Origin: an uncultured Gammaproteobacteria bacterium
GTDB taxonomy: Bacteria; Patescibacteriota; Microgenomatia; 2-02-FULL-39-11
DNA: 64,000 bases
NCBI GenBank assembly: GCA_964362665.1
Contig: CAYIFB010000002.1
Span: forward strand, 14,404 to 78,403
Direction of reading: 5' to 3'
Within the stretch, counting starts at the first letter, position 1. Every line of letters starts with the position of its first letter. The translations under genes and the position numbers were made by a program. The notes below the pieces were generated by a model, which worked only from the letters and a program-made list of their open reading frames with translations, made no database searches and was not told where the DNA came from. This document shows positions 56,891 to 64,000 of the stretch, piece by piece.

Positions 56891-57811
56891 TTATGTGGTA
56901 CGTTTGTAGAATAGGGAAATAAGAACCCTTTCAATATCCTTATTGATTAATTTCAATAAAAAAAGCCTTATAGCCCTGCTGGTTTTTTTCAGGAAGATTA
57001 ATATTTTAAATTTTGAGGAAATATTTTTAGCATTTTTTCTACAAATATTGTCATAATGCATATTTAAGATCCGGTACATATAGACTAAAAATTGCTTTTT
57101 GTCATTGGGGCCGAAGGACTGATTATCCGACCGGAATTTAATTACAGATTCGGACAAAAGGTATATTTTGTAATCATCAGGAAAATAATAAAAGAGTGAA
57201 GAGTGGGGAAAAGGATTAGGCTGTCCGTCAAATTGCTTCAACTTAGCTGCATGGCGATTGACGATACTTCTTTTGATAATCGTATTGGAATAAACACCAA
57301 TATACCAGTCAAACGGCAGGAAAAACTTTTTTTCAAGATATGAAAATAAATCTTTTTTCCGGGTAATGAATTTGTCATGTGATAATCTTAACAAGTTCTT
57401 GTCGATTACATGCTGTAGATCTTTAGAATAGAGATCCAAATTACATAATATAACATCAGGGTCGTATTTTTGTATTACTTGAAATACACTTTTGAGAGAG
57501 CCGTTTTTATGGATATCATCATCAGACAAAAACCAAATGTAATTTCCTGCCGCAAAACCTGCAACTTTAAGCTGATTTTTGGCAAATCCGATATTGCGGG
57601 TATTCTCAAAATACCTGATATTTTTATATTTCCGCAGATATGTCTTTACAATTTCTTTGGTGTCGTCGATGCTGTCATCATTACAAATTACTATTTCGAC
57701 CTTTTTATAAATATTTTTATCACCGAATTGATTTACAATACTGTTCAGGCCTTCAGTCAAATACTTTATCCGGTTATATGTCGGAATACAGATGGAGATG
57801 AGGGGTTTCAT
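56891..57811 (-). CDS. glycosyltransferase family 2 (RfbV-like)
   Basis: ISICIPTYNR, NDDSIDDT, WFLSDDD. Confidence 0.88.
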   Translation of the reverse strand: MKPLISICIPTYNRIKYLTEGLNSIVNQFGDKNIYKKVEIVICNDDSIDDTKEIVKTYLRKYKNIRYFENTRNIGFAKNQLKVAGFAAGNYIWFLSDDDIHKNGSLKSVFQVIQKYDPDVILCNLDLYSKDLQHVIDKNLLRLSHDKFITRKKDLFSYLEKKFFLPFDWYIGVYSNTIIKRSIVNRHAAKLKQFDGQPNPFPHSSLFYYFPDDYKIYLLSESVIKFRSDNQSFGPNDKKQFLVYMYRILNMHYDNICRKNAKNISSKFKILIFLKKTSRAIRLFLLKLINKDIERVLISLFYKRTT

Positions 57812-57868
57812 ATAATGGTATATTATAATATAAACCTATTATAAAGGCTCAATTCACTCAAATAAATT

Positions 57869-58876
57869 ATGGCGAGAGTTAATGATAAACAACAATTGGT
57901 TTCGATTGTGATTGTTAATCATAACGGTAAAAAGTGGCTTAAAGATTGTCTGGATTCAATCGCCAAACAAACTTACCGGAATTTTGAAGTAATAATAGTA
58001 GATAATTTATCAACGGATGAGAGCGTAGATTTCATCGGAAAATATTATCCCAAAGTGAAAACAGTAGTAAGTAAAACTAATATTGGGTTTGGAAGAGCTA
58101 ATAACCTGGGGGTTGAAACCGCTCAGGGAGAAGAGATTTTTTTCCTCAACAACGATACTGTTTTGGAAAAAGATTTATTGGAAAAGTTACTTTTTTGTCA
58201 AAAACAAAAAAAATTAAATATTCTCGGACCTAAAATATTAGACTATTCCGGAAAAGAAGTCTATCAGTCAGATAAATTATCCATAGATGTCACAGGTTAT
58301 ATCGGAAATGGCAGGGAAAGTTTATATGTAGACGGTTGCGCCTTAATGATTTCAAAAAAGGATTTTATAGAACTCGGAGGGTTTGACGAAAGTTATTTTA
58401 TGTACAGTGAAGAAATAGATTTATGTTGGCGTGCGCGTCTGTATGGCATGAGGGTGGGAATTTGTGATGAATCGGCTGTGAGACACTTCGGTGGCGGTAC
58501 CGGAGGAGATACGCAATATGAAAGAAATGTGAAACGTGTGATTCCGCTGATGAGAAGATATGAGGTAGAGAAAAATAATCTGAGGAATATCCTTAAAAAT
58601 TACAAGTTAATTAATTTGTTTTGGATATTACCATTGTATATAATGCAAAGTCTGTGTGAGTCGATTTTATATTTACTAACTGGAAATGTTAAAGCAAGTA
58701 AATTGATTTGCAAAGCGTACCTCTGGAATCTGAGAAATATCAGAGATACTTTCTATCAGAGAAGAATTGTTCAAAAAAAAAGAATAGTGGGAGATATGCA
58801 GATAATATCCATGATGTCTATCGGTTTAAATAAATTCAGCGCTCTTAAAACTATCGGAATTCCAAAATATAGATAA
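57869..58876 (+). CDS. glycosyltransferase family 2 (rhamnosyltransferase-like)
   Basis: VSIVIVNHN, NIGFGRANN, FLNNDT, GGFDESYFMYSEEIDLCWR. Confidence 0.9.
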   Translation: MARVNDKQQLVSIVIVNHNGKKWLKDCLDSIAKQTYRNFEVIIVDNLSTDESVDFIGKYYPKVKTVVSKTNIGFGRANNLGVETAQGEEIFFLNNDTVLEKDLLEKLLFCQKQKKLNILGPKILDYSGKEVYQSDKLSIDVTGYIGNGRESLYVDGCALMISKKDFIELGGFDESYFMYSEEIDLCWRARLYGMRVGICDESAVRHFGGGTGGDTQYERNVKRVIPLMRRYEVEKNNLRNILKNYKLINLFWILPLYIMQSLCESILYLLTGNVKASKLICKAYLWNLRNIRDTFYQRRIVQKKRIVGDMQIISMMSIGLNKFSALKTIGIPKYR

Positions 58877-58882
58877 GAACTT

Positions 58883-59503
58883 ATGTCTAAATATCTTGTC
58901 AACACTGCACAATATGGAACCCATAGATTAATTGCTTCCGAAATAGGAAAAGGTTATCTGGTTTTAGACTTGGGATGTAATAAAGGATATCTTAAGCAGT
59001 TTGCTCCAGGAAATTTTTTTTTCGGGATTGACTATAACAAAAAAGATCTACAAGAAGCCAAAAAAAACGGTTATCAGAAAGTCTACCAATTAGACCTGAA
59101 TGACTATAAAGCTTTTAAAGTCAAAGAAAAATTTGACGTTTTAATATTTGCAGATATTTTGGAACACTTATTATTTCCTGATAAAGTTTTAAGATTTTTT
59201 GTTGACCATTATTTACAAAAGGGCGGAAAAATAATTATTTCTTTGCCTAATGTAGCCCATATTACGGTAAGATCTAGACTTTTGAGGGGGAGTTTCGTTT
59301 ACAGCGAGAGTGGTATATTAGACCGTACTCATCTGCATTTATATACTTTACAAACAGCCGGAGAATTAATTACTTTATCAGGGTTAAATATTATTCAAAG
59401 AAAGTTCAGTTCCAATCGTTTAGGCCGATTAATTCAACATTTCCCGTTTCTAGGGACTTTACTGGGGTTTAACTTAATTTTCATATGCCGAAAAAAATCC
59501 TGA
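58883..59503 (+). CDS. class I SAM-dependent methyltransferase
   Basis: VLDLGCNKG, ADILEH, SLPN, GILDRTHLH. Confidence 0.88.
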   Translation: MSKYLVNTAQYGTHRLIASEIGKGYLVLDLGCNKGYLKQFAPGNFFFGIDYNKKDLQEAKKNGYQKVYQLDLNDYKAFKVKEKFDVLIFADILEHLLFPDKVLRFFVDHYLQKGGKIIISLPNVAHITVRSRLLRGSFVYSESGILDRTHLHLYTLQTAGELITLSGLNIIQRKFSSNRLGRLIQHFPFLGTLLGFNLIFICRKKS

Positions 59504-61776
59504 TTAATGGTATTACTTTGGAGAGCGCGAATATTGTCCCTCTGCTTCTAAAGGTAAAATACTGGCAGAAGGAAAATGTCGAGGTAACCTTTTTTGGCAA
59601 TTGCATACTCAAGAGTCAGATAGATGCACTGCAGATAATCAAAAAATATAATTTCATCGAATTGAAAAACACCGGGAGAATAAACGGCAGAATTCAATTG
59701 ATTATTGAAGGCGTTAGAAGAAATTTTTTAGCTTTATCCTACATCAAAAGATTTAAAGATAATTTTGATGTTGTCTATTCCATATCCTCGGTTTTGGACC
59801 TGATGATTTTCCCTTATATTCTCAAAAAATTTGATAAAAATTTATTACGGGTTGCCGTTTTTGATAATATCGTACCCATTACAGATCCGGGAAATAAATT
59901 TATCCGATTTCTTGCCTGGATATTTTTCCAAATAAGTTTAGTCCTTTTGAAAGACGCGGATTTTATTTTCGCCGGTTCAAATGATTTGGAAAATTTTCTG
60001 ATAAGAAAAGGAATAGATAAAGATAAAATTATAGAAAGAGGACAGGCTGTGAGGAATGACATGATAAGAAACGCCAGGGTCAACCCCAAATACCACATTG
60101 ATGCGCTATTTATCGGCAGGATCAACGAAACAAAAGGTATTTATGATATGTTGGAAGTTTTAAATATCGTCAGAATGAAATACCCCGATTTTCAATTGGC
60201 TCTTATAGGTCAAGGTGATGAGGTTACTATGGAGCAATATAAAACGAAAATAAAAAATATGGGACTTGTGAAAAATATAAAATTTTTAGGAAACGTATCG
60301 GAAAAAGATAAATTTGAAATTATTAAAAGCAGTAAAGTATTCTGGTTTTTGTCGGTCAGCGAATCAGAAAGCTGGGGGGTGGCTCTGCTTGAGGCAGTTT
60401 GCTGCGGTAAGCCTGCTTTTGTTTATAATCTGCCGGCATACAAATATTATAAAAATAACGAAGTTTTCGTTTTTAAGCTTCATGACTATCATGCTGTTGC
60501 CGATAAGGTGGTTGAGGTATTTGGCAGAAAAGAATTCAATAATGAAATTGGAAGATTGCTGATAGGTAAATACAGCTGGGAGAAAATCGCAAGTATTGAG
60601 TTTGAAAATATTTTCCCTGCTTTACTCAGTTTGCCGGCGCAAAAAAATATACTCATTAATGGTATTACACTTGAAGGCGCTAATATTATTCCTTTGCTCT
60701 CGAAGGTAAAATACTGGCAGGGAAAAGGAGTTAATATCGCTTTTTTGGGGAATAGTACCCTGAAAAAACAGATTGACTCTCTGCAGATTATAAAAAAATA
60801 TGATTTTTTTACCCTGCGAAATACCAGAAAGATAGAAGGAAAAATACAACTAATTTTTGAGGGCTTGAGAAGAAACGTTCAGGCTTTATCATTTACCCGA
60901 CGATTTAAAAATAAATTTGACGGCGTTTATTCCATCTCCACAGTTTTGGATTTACTGCTTTTTCCTTATTTTCTGAAAAAGATTGATAAACGGCTAAAGT
61001 GGACGGCGGTCTTTGATAATACCGTGCCGTTTATATATATGGGGAATATTCTTATCAGGTTTTTGGCCTGGTTTTTTTACCGGTTTAGCCTTTTGCTTCT
61101 TAAAGACGCCGATTATCTTTTTGCTGTCAGACCGGAATTGAAAGAATATCTGTTGGGAAAAGGATTTAAACACGATCGTTTGGTCGTGACCGGAAACGCA
61201 ATCGAAATCGGGTTTATAAAAAGCGCCCAAAAAGAAGACAGATATAATATTGACGCTCTATATATAGGAAGGATTAATGAGTTGAAAGGCATTTATGATA
61301 TGCTGAAAGTTTTAGAAATAGTAAAAGTTATATATCCTGATTTTCAGTTAGCCCTCATGGGAACAGGAGACAGGCAAACCATGATTAAATATAAAAAGAA
61401 AATAGAAGAGATGGGGCTTACTGCAAACATCCAGTTTTTGGGGTATAAGACGGGACTTACTAAATTTAGTATCATTAAAAGCAGTAAATGTTTTTGGTTT
61501 TTAAGCCATACGGAGAGTTTTCCGGTAGCGCCTCTTGAGGCAGTTTGCTGCGGATTGCCGGCAATCGTTTATGATCTGGAAGCATATAAAATGTACACAA
61601 ACAAAGAAATGATGATTTTAAAAAGGAAAGATTATGTTGCGGCAGCCAAAAAAGTACTGGAAATTTTTAAAGAAGGGAATTTCGACAATAGCGCCGGTAA
61701 GAAATTATTTCAGAAGATTTCCTGGAGTTGGGATAAAATAGCAGCGATAGAATATAATACGTTGTATCAAAATTAG
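59485..61776 (+). CDS. tandem double glycosyltransferase family 4
   Basis: Two homologous halves, each with ILINGITLE.ANI, IGRINE.KGIYDML and LEAVCCG. Confidence 0.9.
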   Translation: MPKKILINGITLESANIVPLLLKVKYWQKENVEVTFFGNCILKSQIDALQIIKKYNFIELKNTGRINGRIQLIIEGVRRNFLALSYIKRFKDNFDVVYSISSVLDLMIFPYILKKFDKNLLRVAVFDNIVPITDPGNKFIRFLAWIFFQISLVLLKDADFIFAGSNDLENFLIRKGIDKDKIIERGQAVRNDMIRNARVNPKYHIDALFIGRINETKGIYDMLEVLNIVRMKYPDFQLALIGQGDEVTMEQYKTKIKNMGLVKNIKFLGNVSEKDKFEIIKSSKVFWFLSVSESESWGVALLEAVCCGKPAFVYNLPAYKYYKNNEVFVFKLHDYHAVADKVVEVFGRKEFNNEIGRLLIGKYSWEKIASIEFENIFPALLSLPAQKNILINGITLEGANIIPLLSKVKYWQGKGVNIAFLGNSTLKKQIDSLQIIKKYDFFTLRNTRKIEGKIQLIFEGLRRNVQALSFTRRFKNKFDGVYSISTVLDLLLFPYFLKKIDKRLKWTAVFDNTVPFIYMGNILIRFLAWFFYRFSLLLLKDADYLFAVRPELKEYLLGKGFKHDRLVVTGNAIEIGFIKSAQKEDRYNIDALYIGRINELKGIYDMLKVLEIVKVIYPDFQLALMGTGDRQTMIKYKKKIEEMGLTANIQFLGYKTGLTKFSIIKSSKCFWFLSHTESFPVAPLEAVCCGLPAIVYDLEAYKMYTNKEMMILKRKDYVAAAKKVLEIFKEGNFDNSAGKKLFQKISWSWDKIAAIEYNTLYQN

Positions 61777-61782
61777 ACGCTT

Positions 61783-62466
61783 ATGAAAAATATATACAAG
61801 GACATGTATGAAACCAGGCAAAAACTGGACTTGATAGAGAACTGCCGGGTGAAGATTATGCTTGAGATGATCAACGAACTTCATTTGACCGGAAAAAATA
61901 TTTTGGATATAGGTTGTTTCGACGGTACCTTATTATCTCTGGTAACCAATAGAAATAATAAATTTTACGGGATTGATGCCAATGACTTTGCCGTAAGGCA
62001 GGCCCGTAAGAAAGGCATTAAGGTTAAGCAGTTTTTCTTTGACGATGTCACTAAAATACCGTTTGCGGATAAGTTTTTTCATTTAATAGCCGCAGGAGAA
62101 ATAATTGAGCATATCTATGATACTGATTTTTTCCTGCGTGAGCTGAAAAGGATTCTCAAGCCCGGCGGATATCTGCTTATTTCCACACCCAACATTGCAT
62201 CACTAGGCCGTAGGTTGCTGCTTCTAACCGGCATCAGTCCGATCATTGAAATTTCACCCAATGAAATAGACAGCCCGGGACATATCCGCTATTTTACCTT
62301 TAAGACGCTGGCGGGATTGCTCGCGAAGCATGGACTGAAAGTATTGCAGACAAGGTCTGATGTGCTCAATCTCTCCAACGACGGAAGGATAAGATCAATA
62401 CAGATCCCGAAAATTTTTCCCTCAATAGGCCAAAGTATAATTTGCCTCTGTCAAAAAAAATCATAA
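61783..62466 (+). CDS. class I SAM-dependent methyltransferase
   Basis: ILDIGCFDG, GEIIEHIYD, LKPGGYLLISTPN. Confidence 0.9.
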   Translation: MKNIYKDMYETRQKLDLIENCRVKIMLEMINELHLTGKNILDIGCFDGTLLSLVTNRNNKFYGIDANDFAVRQARKKGIKVKQFFFDDVTKIPFADKFFHLIAAGEIIEHIYDTDFFLRELKRILKPGGYLLISTPNIASLGRRLLLLTGISPIIEISPNEIDSPGHIRYFTFKTLAGLLAKHGLKVLQTRSDVLNLSNDGRIRSIQIPKIFPSIGQSIICLCQKKS

Positions 62467-62516
62467 ATAGTAAAATAAATTAACCGAACGAAGTTAGTCC
62501 AAAAATCTCCCAACTT

Positions 62517-64000
62517 ATGAGGAAAATATTTAACCGCTATTTTATTCTGAATATTTTTTGGATTATCATTCTTTCTCTAATTCCTGTTTATTATACTTGG
62601 GGAAGGTTGGCTGTGGGAGGAGATGTGCTTATATTTTTCAGCAGCAAGGGGTTGTCTAAATATCTCTACCAATGGATTCCATACCATAACGGCCTGCCAT
62701 ACCCAATCAACTATTATCCGCTGTATTTCTTGTATAAAATTGCCGAAAATTTTCACTGGGATCCCTACCAGGTATCTGTCATAGTCCTATTTGTTTTGAG
62801 CGTTCTGGCCGGTTTGGGAATTTATAAACTGTCCAAATTAATCTGCGGGAAAGACGGTCTGTTCATGCTGGTGCCTATCACCTTTTACATACTTTCCCCC
62901 GCGCTTCTGAACGGCTGGCATTATATGTATATCTATTCTACCGCACCCTGGTTTATCTATTATGTTTTTAAAACCATAAAGTCCAAAGATATTAACTTAG
63001 GGAATATTATCTGGCTTAATGTGATTGTCTTTTTCTCCTCCATGGATTTACCCAACCCCAAGTATCTATTCCACATGTTTCTTATTATGTTTACCGCAAT
63101 AATTTGCAGTTTAATATTTCGCCTTATAAGCCTGCAGCTGATAATAAAAAGCTGGTGGAAGATTATCATACTTTTTCTGTTGTCAATTTATATCTACCTT
63201 CCGTTTGGTTATTTTTTTACTCAGTTGACCTCAGTCATACCCGTAAGAAGCGGATATAAAGATGTCGGTAGAATGCCGGATTACGGTTACGCTACGATTG
63301 ACAGAATGGTTATGTTGCACCATAAAGGAGTTAACATAAATACACCGGAAGGAGCCGCTTATTCTGCTAATCCCATTGTTACTTTTTTAAGCTATTCTTT
63401 CATTTTTATAATTCTTTTAAATCTGATTTTTAGAAAAGGCGATGATGAAACATATAAGTATGAATTGATCTTTTTTATCCTGATACTGATTTTTTTGTTT
63501 TTTGCGGCCGGCCCAAATCCGCCGTTTGGCTTTATTTATGAATTTGCTGTCACACATTATCAAGTATTTGCATTTCTTCGCACTACCGCCGGGGCAGTAT
63601 TTTTTTCTTCCATCTTTTATGCGGTTTTGATAGCGTCGTTTATCCGGAAAATAAACAAGCACCAATCTTTTTTTATTTTTTTATCGATATTAATTATCGG
63701 CATTGTTAATTATCCCTATGTGCACGGTGAATATTTCAAAAACTTCAATAATGTAAATCAGTATACGGACAGACAGGAATACGGGTTTAAAATTCCGCAA
63801 ATATACTTTGACATGGTGAGCGTCATAGAGGGTCAGAAGCTGGATGCCAAGTATCTGCATACCAGAAGCAATGTAGGTTATCTTGGGACGAGGTGGGGTT
63901 ATTTCGGCCCAAGTATTTATTTGTTTCTCTATGATAACCATAATGTAGGTTACAGTGAAATATATTCCAATCTCGCTAATCATAATATAGGATATGTTTT
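62517..64000 (+). CDS. polytopic membrane protein, probable GT-C-fold glycosyltransferase (runs off the window end)
   Basis: MRKIFNRYFILNIFWIIILSLIPVYYTWGRLAVGGD...; many TM segments; AAGPNPPF...AFLRT; no stop noticed in the parts translated. Confidence 0.7.
   Translation, partial: MRKIFNRYFILNIFWIIILSLIPVYYTWGRLAVGGDVLIFFSSKGLSKYLYQWIPYHNGLPYPINYYPLYFLYKIAENFHWDPYQVSVIVLFVLSVLAGLGIYKLSKLICGKDGLFMLVPITFYILSPALLNGWHYMYIYSTAPWFIYYVFKTIKSKDINLGNIIWLNVIVFFSSMDLPNPKYLFHMFLIMFTAIICSLIFRLISLQLIIKSWWKIIILFLLSIYIYLPFGYFFTQLTSVIPVRSGYKDVGRMPDYGYATIDRMVMLHHKGVNINTPEGAAYSANPIVTFLSYSFIFIILLNLIFRKGDDETYKYELIFFILILIFLFFAAGPNPPFGFIYEFAVTHYQVFAFLRTTAGAVFFSSIFYAVLIASFIRKINKHQSFFIFLSILIIGIVNYPYVHGEYFKNFNNVNQYTDRQEYGFKIPQIYFDMVSVIEGQKLDAKYLHTRSNVGYLGTRWGYFGPSIYLFLYDNHNVGYSEIYSNLANHNIGYV

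Overview
A 64-kb window from a low-GC bacterium using genetic code 11. Its gene content and many membrane-anchored hypotheticals suggest a Patescibacteria/CPR (Microgenomates-like) genome; this is inference. The backbone is the rpmG-tRNA-Trp-secE-nusG-rplK-rplA-rplJ-rplL cluster on the minus strand, stretched over about 38 kb by insertions. About 29 kb of accessory DNA sits between tRNA-Trp and secE: surface proteins, two toxin-antitoxin pairs, gene remnants, a stop-interrupted B12 radical SAM gene and a 7.4-kb integrative element. The last 23 kb is a large surface-glycan biosynthesis and modification locus. The most striking feature is the integrative element (32091-39480) at the 3' end of tRNA-Trp, which carries a large serine recombinase and a lexA-vsr-dcm/REase/C-protein cargo. 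Its attP lies inside the 3' end of the recombinase gene, so integration swaps the enzyme's C-terminal tail. It also carries a second, perfect, inverted 206-bp copy of the reconstituted attP just upstream of the recombinase, and each attP copy is enclosed by its own 20-21-bp inverted repeat. This implies an invertible, 2-micron-plasmid-like architecture that could toggle the recombinase between truncated and full-length forms. Other notable items are a dispersed 110-bp structured repeat with compensatory base changes, a TGAG/CGAA hairpin family, a heavily structured lipoprotein leader, a frameshifted LysM gene and frequent leaderless promoters.
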